Shown here: positions 36,801 to 49,752 of the stretch, in pieces | Layout of the letters: each line of letters opens with the position of its first letter | How positions within the stretch are numbered: the stretch's first letter is position 1 | Assembly: GCF_000002075.1 (NCBI RefSeq) | Contig: NW_004797335.1 | Span: 725,124-789,123 of the forward strand | Direction of reading: 5' to 3' | Length of the DNA: 64,000 nt | Source: Aplysia californica | Taxonomy: Eukaryota | The notes under the pieces: model-generated | The model's input: the letters and a program-made list of their open reading frames with translations, nothing else | The model's database searches: none | What the model was told of the DNA's origin: nothing | Position numbers and translations under genes: made by a program

Positions 36801-38895
36801 AACAGAAATGGACCAGGCAATCTTCCCAATTTCTCGTAGTTCACTAATGCTGGGATTATTTGAAAATGGAAAAATGCTCTAAATAAGACGATATCAGCTC
36901 ATTGAGATGGACAACTCACTATATAGTAGTAACACACTGCATTTGTACACGTATCATGGGACAGAAACACGGATCAGATAAATTTACAACGGCTAACGAG
37001 TCCAGAGCACAGCACAAGATGAAATAAACAAGAACACTACATGAAATAGTTTCATAACTGTCCTGCCAGTGGCCAACAAATACCATTATTGGCGAGTTTC
37101 GGCCCTGAGTCAATGCAATGAAAGAAAAAAAGCTTAGTTTCCTCGTTAGTAAAACATACAGCCTACCATTTTTAACTCTCAACTGTTAATGGGTTTTGGC
37201 CAATTATAGAAAATGAAAGAAAAAAAAAGTCTCACAAATTCTTGAAATGGTCAATTCAACAAGTGTTATACATCACTAGAACAGGTTATTGAAAACACTT
37301 TGATTTGAGACAATAATCATGTGCATGTGATGTCTAATTTACTTGTTGACCTACTTATTGGGTGTCTGTAGATATCCAGTTTTGAGCAATCTTAAACCAA
37401 CTGGTAGAGCTGACAGCTATACTGGGGGAATAATCTACTGGTCCACATTTCAAAAGCAAATTGTTGTCATAACATAGAGAATCTGATAAATATGTCCACT
37501 TTTATGACTTGTTTTACCATTAAGAAGCAGATACTGTGGGGGGTTGTTATTTAACAAAAATCATAGATTCCACTCAACTCATTTACATATTTAACCCACA
37601 AAGGTTTCCAAAGCATCACTATTCAAGACATGCAGCTGTATTAGTTTGATGACTCTTCATAACTAAAAGGTGAATTCTTAGGCTTTGGATTAATCTTTGT
37701 TGATAAAAAAAGGAATTCAGGGGGAAGTAATTTTGGCAAAAAACGACGCTGATTTCCATATAAGAAAACAACCCCCCCCCCCCCCCCCATTTTAATTTAC
37801 TAACCAAAATCACGTCTAAACTTTAAGAAGAAGCATCAAAACGGGTAAGTTTGATAAAACTACAAGATTCATAGTCCCCAAAAACCATTATACATTTTTG
37901 TTCCATTTTCAAGAGGAAAAAACTGTTGAGAGTTAAGATGCAGGCGCTGTTTCCTAACCACACAGCTTCGTCTTTCATTTCAGACTTACAATGTATGAAA
38001 TGTTCAGCACAAAACTTTGGATTTTGTGGCAAAATGTGCTAACCCTAAAGCAATATGTATTAAAAAGGTCACTACGCATAGTATCATTATTCCTGCACAA
38101 AATATTTTTTTAAATCCATATTAGAAGCGTTGTTTCCGTCGGACATTTTACATCAAAAGTAAAATGACTTCCCTGAGTATCTGAACATGCAGCAGAACCT
38201 CAAGTGAACTTCCAGCTGGTCAAATCTCCGTATAAAACAGTGCATTGCATGTTTCAGAGAGGCAATGACACGTACACGGCAGCCCAAACCCTGTGCTTCA
38301 ATAAACCTATCAACATTGAAAATACCTCTCCAGAACAACGGCCAGGTCCCAAGCAGGCAGGAGCGCACACAAAGAGAACAGATTGCATTGATGAGGTATA
38401 CAGTTCTCTTTAAGTAAAATAACAAATGTAAGCAGTAATGATACCCACATGATTAAAAAAAAAAGTCTGTATAAAATTATGAGAATGTCTGCCAACACAT
38501 AATCCCCCTGTCGCAGTAAACAAGGCCAGAGTCTTCATCCTCAAGTCCAAAAGTAAAAAGCTGCATGAAAAGGCAACATTAATCTGAAACAACAGGGTGA
38601 AACAGAAAAGCGTTAAAAATGTCCGTAGAAATGAGAAATGTGATGTCTACAACAGAAGAATCAAGCCAAAGTGTCAGATGCATCTTATCAACTGCACAGC
38701 AGTCGAATGGAGAGACCACACAAAGAGCTGATGCAAAAAAATAAATATCCACCTGAGTGAAGAAGAACGACGGTAAATCATATTTCTTTGTAGGAGAAAT
38801 CAGTCAACACTTCCTCCTTCACTTCATTTCGAACATATGGCAGAATTCATGCACAATTTGGGGACAACCGAGAGATACGGGGGGGGGGGGGGGGG

Positions 38896-39018
38896 TCAGT
38901 TGGTCCTGTCACTGGGCATAGGGTTGATGTAGAAAGACACGGAAGTAGGCAGGGAATTGTCCTCTGACACAAGCATGGACACTGTAGTCTTCCAGTAGGC
39001 AAAACTGATCTTTGAACT
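38896..39018 (-). CDS. TRPC4AP: TRPC4AP last coding exon (SSKISFAYWKTTVSML...SDRTN*)
   Basis: cctcag| acceptor, TGA at 38898-38896; matches human SSCISFSYWKETVSILL. Confidence 0.94.
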   Translation of the reverse strand, partial: SSKISFAYWKTTVSMLVSEDNSLPTSVSFYINPMPSDRTN

Positions 39019-39452
39019 CTGAGGAAAGAAAGAGAGAGAACGCACAACATCAGCACCCACAGAGCTCTATTTCAACTACTTAGCAACGAAGAACAAGAAA
39101 GGTTTCACTTTCTTCTGCCATTAATGTGGTTGCCGCTATTATGACCGATCTTACTTGTTTCCATACCATCAGTTACTGAAGTGAACTAATGTCCCCTTTT
39201 TTTTCAATTATCTGTTTGGACATTTAGCCTGTTCTAAAGAATTTTGACAATACCATAAGTTTAAAAGAAAAAAACATTGATCTGAGTATGTGCAAACCTG
39301 CTAATAAAAATATTCATCAAACAGTACAGGAGGAAATAAATGTTGTTGAGTGCAACCCTTTTCCAATAACAACAATAAAATTGACTTAAGACAACAGTGT
39401 GGCTTAAAACATTTTACAATTTACAAAAAGCAATAGATTAGTGGGTCCTCAC

Positions 39453-39519
39453 CTTTTCCAAGGCACTGCAGTCTTTGTCTTTATGTAGATAATGATCTTG
39501 CCAAAATATTAACAAGTCT
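39453..39519 (-). CDS. TRPC4AP: TRPC4AP exon (DLLIFWQDHYLHKDKDCSALEK)
   Basis: cttcag| and AAG|gtgagg. Confidence 0.95.
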
Positions 39520-39963
39520 CTGAAGAAAAAAGAAATAAAAAATTCAATATTGACAAATAAATTAATAATTCATATTATTTTTTATTTCACAACACTTTTA
39601 ATACACACATTTCACTTCACAGCTTACATGGTAGGTAAGATCTATTGCAGCTGATTAAAAAAACTCTTGACATCTAAACTAATGACTAATGTCCTTTTCA
39701 AAACATCCTGGTGGGTGAGAGGCGGTAGACTCACAAAGCGGATTGGCTCTTTGATATCTTTACAGTGAGAGAATCAATTCACAGTATCTCTCAATTCTAC
39801 CTGATTATTAGCATGACCCCGCTCCCCCTTTTCCTTTTACTTAAACATGCATGAGTATCAACACCTGCAAACATTTATAATCTACAATCAAGTCTACTGC
39901 TCCTGACAGTTATCAGGGAATTACAACTTACACAATTGGCATCTCCCTCTCAAATAGCGTGAG

Positions 39964-40418
39964 CATAACTGCCCACCCCTCTCTGTGGCTATCAGGGACA
40001 GCCTTGTTCAAAATCAGGGACATTGACTAATTATCAGGGACACCTTGTATTTGTCAAGAAAAACTTGCTGCCTTTTCGGTTTCTTTGCTTTACTTGGTCC
40101 AGAGTCGGACTTAGAACTCATCGCCGAACATTTTGACGCCATCTTTTCAAACGAATGAAGAGGCCGAGCACCGCGCATGCGTATCAGCTGACTTTGTCGA
40201 AACTGCACACCTGCCAACTCTCCCGAATTTTTCGGGAATCTCCCGAATTTTTGTCATTTTCCCGAGCAACAGAAGGCTAATTTTTCTGTTTTAGAAGTAT
40301 GCTTGCCAAGTTGTTATTTTCCGGGACCGTTGGTCAAAATCCGTATTTCCGGGACAACAGCGATTTTTCACGAAAATCCGTACAAAATACGGATGGCCCG
40401 GGACAGTGGGCAGCTATG
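39964..40418 (-). mobile_element. hAT-like internally deleted element with 6-bp TSD
   Basis: TIR CATAACTGCCCAC/GTGGGCAGCTATG; TSD CGTGAG; remnant MSSKSDSGPSKAKKPKRQQVFLDKY resembles a transposase N-terminus. Confidence 0.7.
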
Positions 40419-40696
40419 CGTGAGCATGAAAATGCATGCATAACTACCAGACCTACCCCCCACCCCCAACCCCCCTCCCCCCCCTCAAAAATCAATACCA
40501 TACCATGCACCTTAATTCAAAGACATTTCTCTTATTATCTTGTTGGACTGGGGTGTCTGTGAACTGCCTGCCCACCCTGAGAAGAGGCCAGTCATGTTGA
40601 GGATAGGAGGGTACAAGGGGTTTTCACGAGACTGGAAAGACCTAACTGCCCTGTCTGTAAAAATCCTGAAAACAGCAAAGAGAAGCCCACACCAAC

Positions 40697-40988
40697 CTGA
40701 AGTTCTGCAGAACGCTGGAGGAGCCATTGACGTTTTCCAGAGCATCATCCTGCTCGTCTTTGAGCGCCTGGAGGTAGCGCGGCAGCTGGCTCCGCTTGTT
40801 GGCGAACATGAGGAAGACCAAGGTGGTGTTCAGGCAGCTCACGTTCTCCTGAGTCAGGTTCTGCACGCTGATGATGTTGATTAGCTTGTACAGGTAATCC
40901 AGCTGTCGCGAAAAGTCTCCGATGTAGTTCACCAGCTTGCTCTCTTTCTTTTCACCTTTCTCACCCTCTGGAACCAGTAGAGTCAAGG
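40697..40988 (-). CDS. TRPC4AP: TRPC4AP exon (...LINIISVQNLTQENVSCLNTTLVFLM...LQNF)
   Basis: gttcag| and AG|gttggt; LTQENVSCLNT motif. Confidence 0.95.
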
Positions 40989-41076
40989 CTGAACAGAAAG
41001 AGCAAACAAAGTTGAAGTGAAGAGCAGTTAATCCAAAATATAATAATGATCATTTAGAGCATGGAAAAAGTAAGAC

Positions 41077-41461
41077 ATTTTTTTTATAGTAGAGGGTTTT
41101 ACGGCGCTCGCAACTGCATAAGGTCATATGAGCGCTAAGGGGTGGGGGTCAACAGAGAAGTCTTTACAGGGAATCAGACTTAAACTGCTCACCTCTCTAG
41201 CTTCAACAGCACAAGGTCTGCTTCGACTATCAAGGCACCCCAAAATAGCACGTCACAAGAGAGTGACAAACATACAAAAGAAGTAGAGGAAAATGACAAT
41301 TGTAAGGTTCAGGAAAGAAAAAGCAGCAGTTCCCTGTTGTAGATCAGGCACAGTTATGAGCGTGACATAAATCAGCCCATTTACAATTCTACTATGCTTA
41401 AACGAGAAATGTCTCCCCTTTGGGAATGGCCTAAAGACACTTAAATCAGTGGCACTGTCCT
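41077..41461 (-). mobile_element. Family A retroposon
   Basis: Colinear reverse complement. Confidence 0.85.
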
Positions 41462-41954
41462 GAGACAGATGGACAGAAACAAGAGAGGAAGAGAAAAGAA
41501 GTAGGACCTAACAGTGGCACACTCCAACTGCTCGCAAAGCAAACAAAGTAGAAATGTGGGAACTAATATCTGTATGTACTAAATGTACAGATGACTGTTA
41601 AAAAAAGGGGGGGCTTAAAGGTGAGCCAAACCTTGGTTGATTTGAAACACATTAAAGTCATAATAAACATTTCATGCTGAGACCCGCAAAAAGAATGACA
41701 GACAAGTAAAAACTATAGACAGAAGGTAAAGAAGAAAAAACCTACCATTTAGCAAAATCAGAAAAGTACAACTTCACACAAATCTAAATTTTTACTCAGG
41801 AGCTGAAAATCTTGATCTTATCACTTTTTGAGCAGAGTTATTATGCTTGAATCATGTGTACATGAGAAAGTCAAATGACTTTGCAATAGTCATTTGACTG
41901 GTGTTGAGCAAACTCATACAAAAACATTGGTCACAGCTTTTAAGAAAATGCCCA

Positions 41955-42063
41955 GTTACAAGAAAGTAACAAACACAATAAAGAAGGAGGAGAGATAAGG
42001 ATGATAGACGTTTCATAGGAAAGAAGAAGCAAACCACACCAGAGCACCCGTCAACCACACACT
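41955..42063 (-). mobile_element. Family B retroposon without tail, abutting a TRPC4AP splice donor
   Basis: Head and middle only. Confidence 0.8.
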
Positions 42064-42066
42064 CAC

Positions 42067-42316
42067 CTTTCTCCGAGCCCTCAGAGCGGAAATGTTCCAA
42101 TGACAAAACAAGGCTGCGGATAAACATGTTGGAGTCCACCAGACTGCGGTTCACCATGGTGACAAACTTTTCAAACTTCTGCTCCGTCGTAAGGATGGCA
42201 TCAAACGCTTTGAAGGCCTCGATGTTGAACTTGATCAGTTCCCCAAGCAAGTCAAAGCTGCTCTGTAGAATCTCCTTGTGGCGAATCTCATTCTCCACAA
42301 TGTTACTTGCAACATG
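42067..42316 (-). CDS. TRPC4AP: TRPC4AP exon (HVASNIVENE...FDLLGELIKFN...SLVDSNMFIR...SEK)
   Basis: tttcag| and G|gtgagt. Confidence 0.95.
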
Positions 42317-43155
42317 CTGAAAGAACCACCGCAATGGTAGCAAAGGAAGGAAAATCAGCATTAGGCAAGACGACAGAAAACACACTGAGAGACATTTCTT
42401 CTCGTTAAATTAAGTAAAGTTGTTCCCGCATCCGATCCGGACATTGGGGATTGCCTTGTTAGCGAGACAACTTCCTGGGCCTTCAACATATTGATGTAAG
42501 TGTCTTGCTAAATGCTGGTACAAAAAATTGGAAACTTCAACACTGGTATCATACCAATCAAAGAGGAGCACCATGTCTAAGAAATGAAAGTATTTCACAA
42601 AATAGAAGTGACTAACCACTTTTATAATATTTGTGTTCTGGGAATTCTTTAACAAAAATGTAAAAATCTTTTATATTTACTCTTGCATCACTTTCTAAGT
42701 AAAAAGTCTTCACTAATGACCTACAACGTACTGACATGCTGTGCACCATAAAGGAAGATAAAAAACAAGTTCTATCTACTCTGTTTGGTACTGGTTCACC
42801 ACTGATAAATTATATATGAGGCTGGACACCCAAATTTAAATTTCCATAATCAACAAGGCCAAGTCAAGTGGGGGAACATTTACATTTCCACACACTTTAA
42901 GCTATAAGAAAAAGTTTGGTAAGGGCATTTCATCTCGGTAACTCATTCTGCCATCAAGCAAGACACAAACTGAGCTAATAGAAGGTCCTTTCAACAGTTA
43001 CACTGTAAGCCTTTAATGTGACAACACAAAACATGTTATCACCACGTCGAGAGCCCTGCAACTGTTTAGACTTTAAAAAATAAAAGCAGGCTTTTCCCCC
43101 CCTTTATTCCCATCCCACAATGTCAAACGTCGACACAAAAGACTTCTTCACTTAC

Positions 43156-43246
43156 GGTGAGGAGTCCGCGGCGCATGAGGAAGATCTGATCACAGTAGGA
43201 CGTGTCCCCCCTGAGGTAACTCTCCACAGCTCGGGCGAGCCAGAAC
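43156..43246 (-). CDS. TRPC4AP: TRPC4AP exon (FWLARAVESYLRGDTSYCDQIFLMRRGLLT)
   Basis: ccccag| and |gtaagt; conserved FWxARAVESxLRG. Confidence 0.95.
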
Positions 43247-43374
43247 CTGGGGAGGATCAGACAAATTCTGCTGATTCATCCTTTCTCCACTCGTGACGAT
43301 GGTGCCACCTTTTTTTTTAAAGTAGAGGTTTTACGGCGCTCGCGTTTGGCACCATACATATCATGATATGGGTA

Positions 43375-43465
43375 AAAGTAAAAGAAACCAACCTCCACAC
43401 TGGATTCAAACCAGAGCCATCCACTATGTAGTCCGGCATGACACCAACTGAGCTAACAGAGTGCC
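43375..43465 (-). mobile_element. tRNA-derived SINE head fragment
   Basis: TAGCTCAGTTGG A box and GGTTTGAATCC B box on -; no intact cloverleaf. Confidence 0.55.
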
Positions 43466-43650
43466 CAAAGCTTATCTGCCAGCATTACCTGTTGATCTTA
43501 TAGTCACTGTCGTGTCCCTTATAGTGTCAGGCAGCCATGTACTGTATGAAAGTTCAGATAACATAAGTAATTACTACTTAACCAAAGGTTAACCTAACAG
43601 AATTCTGACTTTCATTGTCAGATGGGTCCACCAGAAAAGGACTCATGTCC

Positions 43651-43835
43651 TTTTTTTTCACTTTTAGTAAGAGTTTTACGGAACTTGCAACGCAATAAGG
43701 TCATATAAGTGCCGAAGATTAGAGATGTCACAAGAGAGTAACAAACACAAAAAAGAAAGAGGAGAGGCCAGGACGATAGATGTTTGGTAGGAAAGAAGGA
43801 GCAAACCACACCAGAGCACCCGCCAGCCACCTACG
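43651..43835 (-). mobile_element. Family B retroposon
   Basis: Degenerate TSD GACTCATGTCC/GACCCATGACC. Confidence 0.83.
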
Positions 43836-45397
43836 ACCCATGACCAGCTACTCTATACATGAACATACAGACAGTGGTGCCTAACACTTAGCAGTCACTT
43901 GGCGCAATAATGTGACGGTGAAAATTATCCGTTCCGGTCACCTGGCACAGTGCCCGAGAAGTCTGTTGCAGTCATTCTCCTGCCTGGGTGACCAGATGGC
44001 GTACTTTTGTACTGCTGGCTGCGTGACTGTCGAGTGTTTACAGCAACCCAGATCAGAGCAACCTTTAACTCTTTAGGGACGTATTGGACACATTTGTCCG
44101 ACCAGAAACAGATCAAGGGCAATGTTGAAGCTCATTTTGAACCAACACGCACTAACCAAAAACACAAAATTGCACATTTCACAGTACATGTTTGTTTTTT
44201 TAACTGTTTAAGGGTCACAAAAAAAAAGAAACTATATCGGGAACATCTGTATGGATAACGACGTTAACCTTCAAACATTCGAATGACCAGAATTTTCGTC
44301 TTCAGGGAGTTAACTAACAGCAACCTCAGCTTGGCTTGTGGTACAGAATTTTCCACTATAAACAACTACCTTTTACTGCAACAATTACCTTTATCTTTAA
44401 CAGTAACCACCGTTGCCATAAATTGTCTAACAGAATTTATTTCAACATTTTAAAACAGTGTGAACAATGAGAAAGGACTATATTTTCAACCCTCCTCTTT
44501 CGTTGACCTCTTGACATCACTTATTTCAGCCAAATATACACCTTTCTGAGTACGCAAGTTCAGTTCACACCCTCTCGCCAAGAAACACCATTCTAGAAAG
44601 AAACAAAGTAAAATGTAAGCTTCGCCCCTGTTGACAAAATTTACATAATTTCAAACCATCCCGAGCTGAGAGGGAAACAATCTCCCATCAGAAGGCCAAC
44701 ATACTCCATGAAAATTCTCCTCTCACGAATTGAAATTGGGTCAGTCTCTCATTGTGTGTGTGTGTGTGTGTGCGCGTGTGTGTATGTGTGTGCATGTGCG
44801 CACGCACGTGTGTAAAAGTCTTGGTCCCTGTGCCTAACAACACCGCCCTGCAACTGAGCATCAGCTCACTTGAAAATTGATGCTACTTATTTTGCCACTC
44901 TCTGAAGTAACAACATCACAAAATAATCTGTGATGAAAACTTGTGTGTGTATGCTTATGTGTATGCGTGTGTGTTTGTACGTGTGTGTGTATTTGAAGGG
45001 GTGTCTTCCTCCCCCCCCCCCTCCTGAAAATTCAGTTAGCGACAACCTCCGCTTAACAGCAACCAAAGGTTGCTTCCCAAAGGGGTTGCTGTTTGGTGGA
45101 CACCACTGTATACGACACATCTCATAGGGTTGTCGTCAGTTCATTATGTACTGCAGTGTCTGTCCAGAGACTTTTCAAACAAACATACCAGACAATTGTA
45201 CGAAAGTCTACCTTTCCAAATAGGAAGTGGCAAATAACAAAGGATCAGTTCTTTCCTATAAAGTAGGAAAAAAATTTCTCATTGAGGGGGCTCATTAGCA
45301 CAGAACTGCTTGTCTCTTATGCCTAAGTATCTCCTTCGAGTCCCAGTTCCTGCCAAGATGACTGGCAGTCAATTTAGGATTAACTTCTGTGAAGTTC

Positions 45398-45578
45398 GTT
45401 TAGTTTTAGAAGAGGTTTTACGGCGCTCGCAACTGCATAAGGTCATATGAGCTCCAGAAGATTAGAGATGTTACAAGAGAGTAACAAACATAAAAAAGAA
45501 GAAGGGGAGATAAGGACGATAGATGTTTGATAGGAAAGAAGGAGCAAACCACACCAAAGCACCCGCCAGCCACCCACT
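45398..45578 (-). mobile_element. Family B retroposon
   Basis: TSD TGTGAAGTT. Confidence 0.85.
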
Positions 45579-46313
45579 TTGTGAAGTTATTTTTCACACT
45601 TCTGATCCCCTGGTAGGCAGGAATGAGCACCATGATTATTTTAACAAGGACTGCAAAAGCTTTTCAGATCTTGTGCACATTACATTTGATCAAGATACAC
45701 TGATAACTGAAAGTAGCAGAGGAGTAAATTCAAAATCGAACCCTACCCTGTTTAATCAACTACTTAACAAAATTGGAAGAACCTGAAACAGTACATGGCT
45801 GCCTGTAACAAAAAAAAACAACCCTTTTTATTATTAGGAAAATAGACCATATATGCAAGTGACATTCCGTAGCACTGTTGATAGAAAGTCGGAAGCACAC
45901 TACCCCCCGAGACCAACCCCTCCCCCCAAAAAACAACCCAACAACGACAAACAAACAAAAAACCATACTTATTATAACTTGTACTGCCTGAGAACTATCG
46001 CTTTAACTTTAACTGACAAAAGTTTTGAAAACCTATAAACAGATTATTCTCACTAAAAAGATGTATCATATCATGTCAGAATCATATGTCAACCTGAAGA
46101 CTGATGCATGGTACACCTAGGAAAAACAAACAAACACAAAAGTTTTAGAGTATAGATTTTAAAAAGTAGATGGATTGAAAAGCGAGGTAACACTAAACTA
46201 TACTATATCTACACTTGAAAATGGAAGAAGCAACATATCATCACCTCAGAACTATTTTGTCCACAGTGCACTCAACTTACTATAGAGTGCATTTTCAACC
46301 AAATAGTTCAGAT

Positions 46314-46707
46314 GTTTGTTTTCGTAGAGGTTTTACAGCACTAGCAACAGCATAAGGTCATATGAGCGCCAAGGGGTGGATGTCAACAGAGAAGTCCTTA
46401 CAGGGAATCAGACTTACTCTGCTCACCTCTCTAGCTTCAACAGCACGAAGTCTGCTTCGACTATCAAGGCACCCTGGAAATAGCGGGTCACAAGAGTGTG
46501 ACAAACATACAAAAGAAGCAGAGGAATATGACCATAGTAAGGATTAGGAAAGAAAAAGCAGCAGTTCCCTGTTGTAGTTCAGGCACAGTTATGAGCATGC
46601 CATTGTTGGATCAGCCCATTTACAATTCTACTGTGCATTAGAACGAGAAATGTCCCCCTTTGGGAATGGCCTGAAGACACTTCAGTTAGTGGCACCGCCC
46701 CAAGGGG
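46314..46707 (-). mobile_element. Family A retroposon
   Basis: Colinear reverse complement; TSD AAATAGTTC. Confidence 0.85.
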
Positions 46708-47078
46708 TAAATAGTTCTGAGGCGACAATATCCTGACCCAAATATAAAAAGTGCAAATAAAGGTGTGCATGAAGAAATTAATAGTTGTCCTTTAAAAAGA
46801 TATTTTCCCGATACAATTAACAGGAGAAGCATGAAGTTCTCAGATGAGAAACAGTGACTCAGAATGGAAAACACAAACGTAATACAAAATGTAGGGATAA
46901 TGTAGGACAAAACACAGCGTGTCACAGGGGAATATCATGCAAAAAAACCCAACAACACCAAACAACAACAACAATTTAAACAAAAGAAAGGGGAGAAACA
47001 ACAACAACAAATAGGACAAAAAACAGTTTTCACTCAGCTCAATGCCACTAAACAGAAAAAAGATCAGGGCAGAAGATG

Positions 47079-47310
47079 CAATGAACTGCACAAGATGATT
47101 ACAATGAACTGCACAAGATGATTACAATGAACTGCACAAGATGATTACAATGAACTGCACAAGATGATTACAATCAACTGCACAAGATGATTACAATCAA
47201 CTGCACAAGATGATTACAATGAACTGCACAAGATGATTACAATGAACTGCACAAGATGATTACAATGAACTGCACAAGATGATTACAATGAACTGCACAA
47301 GATGATTACA
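47079..47310. repeat. Minisatellite, 23-bp unit ACAATGAACTGCACAAGATGATT, ~10 copies
   Basis: Nearly perfect tandem array with no spacers. Confidence 0.95.
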
Positions 47311-47333
47311 TATACAGTCAGAGGAACCTTTCA

Positions 47334-47517
47334 GTTTTTAGTTTTAGTAGAGGTTTTATGGCACTTGCGACTGCATAAGGTCATATGAGCACCAGAATAT
47401 TTAGAGGTGTTACAAGAGAGTAACAAACATAAAAAAGAAAACGGGGAGATAAAGACGATAGATGTTTGATAGGAAAGAAGAGGCAAACCACACCAGAACA
47501 CCCGCCAACCACCAACT
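47334..47517 (-). mobile_element. Family B retroposon
   Basis: Degenerate TSD GTCAGAGGAACCTTTCA/GTCAGAGGGACCTGTCA. Confidence 0.85.
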
Positions 47518-47796
47518 CTGAGGTCAGAGGGACCTGTCATTCCTTTTTCTCCACAATTGGAAAATATCATCAGTTAATATCACTGATGGTACTGTATAGT
47601 ACACAATCAGCAGTACTATTAGATATTTAGTGCCTATTGGTTCCGAGCTGAAAAGATTTGGCTGTTTCAGAATTGAAACTGGAGTCATTGTAATTTCCCA
47701 ATATTAGTGAAAACGGACATTTCAATTTTCTTGAGCATTTTGCACTTTCAATTGGTGTAATCGAATCTTTTTGTATAAAGTAATACTGCTCCTAAA

Positions 47797-49752
47797 CCTT
47801 TTCCCGATCAAATATCAAAATAGAGCGTTCAAATGAAACATAGCACAATTTATTCAACATAGTCAAATCAAATTCAACAAAAAGAAAGTTCAAACGTCAA
47901 AATAGAGAGAGCAAATGTAACACTAGGAAGCTCAAATATCAAAAGAGCGCGATCAATTGTAACAATAGAGAGTTCAAATTCAACATTGTCAGTTCAAATT
48001 CAACATAACAAACATATTTTGTCTCTCTCTCTGCATCTCTTTTTGTCTTCATCTCTCTCTTTATCCCTCTCTGCCCCCCCCCCTTCTCTCTCTCTCTNNN
48101 NNNNNNNNNNNNNNNNNNNNNNNNNNNNNNNNNNNNNNNNNNNNNNNNNNNNNNNNNNNNNNNNNNNNNNNNNNNNNNNNNNNNNNNNNNNNNNNNNTAC
48201 CACCACCACCAACAACAACAGCAACAACAACAACAACAACACTACCACCAATAAAAACAACAACAACAACACTACCACCAACAACGACGACAACAACAAC
48301 AATAACAACAACACTACACCATCAACAATGACAACTGCAACCACAATATTTCAGAAACAAAAAGAGTAGATAACCCCAATCGAAGGAAAGGCTTAGAGAG
48401 TGGAGGCAGAGTGACCCCACGAAGCAGAGGGCTCACAGGAAACTAATCATTTCATTGGAAGAAAAAAGGAATTTACATATTTGCCTGCGGAAATAATAGC
48501 CCCAACCAACAGGAAGTCTGTTATTTACGGCAAGTTTAGCCTCAGTCCAACATAATGAGAATCTCTTCTAAAGGCTGAACTCTNNNNNNNNNNNNNNNNN
48601 NNNNNNNNNNNNNNNNNNNNNNNNNNNNNNNNNNNNNNNNNNNNNNNNNNNNNNNNNNNNNNNNNNNNNNNNNNNNNNNNNNNNNNNNNNNNNNNNNNNN
48701 NNNNNNNNNNNNNNNNNNNNNNNNNNCCCCCTCTCTTTTTCGCTTTCTGTCTGTCTGTCTCTTTTTGTCTCTATCTCTCTCACTCTCGCTGTATTTCTCC
48801 CTGTGTCTATCTTCAACCACCTCACCCCTCCCTATCTCTCTCTCTCTTAAAATCTTAAAATGCGAGATGAGTATGGCAGGCCCATTCGAAGACCTCTTTT
48901 TATTTTGTTGAAAGTGTAATCTAGGTGGCTTTCGGCTATCGAAAACAGCTCATCTTTTATTTCCGTGGTTACTTTCCCAGATCTCTTTTCAACAACGTCG
49001 TCATTTTCCATTGCTCAGCGTACAGTAATATGCAGTATTTCGTTTGATTTGCAACTGTTTAGCGAGCATGATATAATCGTCACTTCGCAGAAAGGCTTCT
49101 CGTATAACGGTATTTTCTGTTAATCCTCGAGACTGACTCTTGATATTATTTGATTTTTGGTCAGGCATGCTTAATTTGTTGCTGTATCTTCCTTCATTGT
49201 AAGATTTGTTACAACGGTCGAAGTGTTGGATCAAACAAAATGAGATGACGGTGACGGTTACATCTAGATCTAGATTTACACAGCTGACGGAGAGAGACGA
49301 GAAGAGTAAACAACGAATTTAGTTAAGAGACAGATATTTGAACTTCCATAGCTGGATCTGAACTAGGTACTTGATATTTGAAAAGGTGTAGATCAAGATC
49401 TAGATCTAGAAAGCAGACGGTGAGTATTGAATGCGAGAGACGTGAACAGAACAGTAAACAACGAACGTTGCTAAGCGACAGAGTAGCTTCCCCTGACTCG
49501 GAGACGATGGTTACATCATACCTTCGTAGTTTTTCGTATTGTTGAATTTGACTTGAACTTTCCTATGCTGCATTTGAACGGACAATGACGAATTTGATTC
49601 CCCTCATGTTTACATTTGAGCTCTCCTGTGATTATATTTGAGCTGACATTTGCTTACCCTTTTCATTGAGTTGAATTAATTTGACTATTCTGATATTTGA
49701 GCTTTCAATGCTGCATTTGAGCTCTCTATTTTGGTATTTGGGTGTAAAAGCC
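47797..49752 (-). mobile_element. Degenerate DNA transposon with ~200-bp repetitive inverted termini and an HTH remnant (Tc1/IS630-like)
   Basis: CAAATATCAAAATAGAGCGTTCAAATG at left mirrors CATTTGAGCTCTCTATTTTGGTATTTG at right; IREAFLRSDDYIMLAKQLQIKRNTAY at about 49030-49105 (-). Confidence 0.5.
48198..48330. repeat. (AAC)n/(ACC)n microsatellite next to a gap
   Basis: Read directly from the sequence. Confidence 0.9.

Noticed and set aside
38820-38898. Stop-codon readthrough or selenocysteine at the TRPC4AP TGA
   Set aside because: Followed by a poly-C run, with no UGA-CUAG context and no SECIS recognised; the protein ends where homologues end
40570-40645. Hammerhead, twister or H/ACA reading of the 110-bp motif (CTGAGAAGAG...GGAAAGAC)
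   Set aside because: Core spacing is wrong and there is no NUH site, twister core or H box; kept only as an unclassified motif
47079-47310. CRISPR-like regular array
   Set aside because: Pure 23-bp tandem repeat with no unique spacers, in a eukaryotic intron with no cas genes
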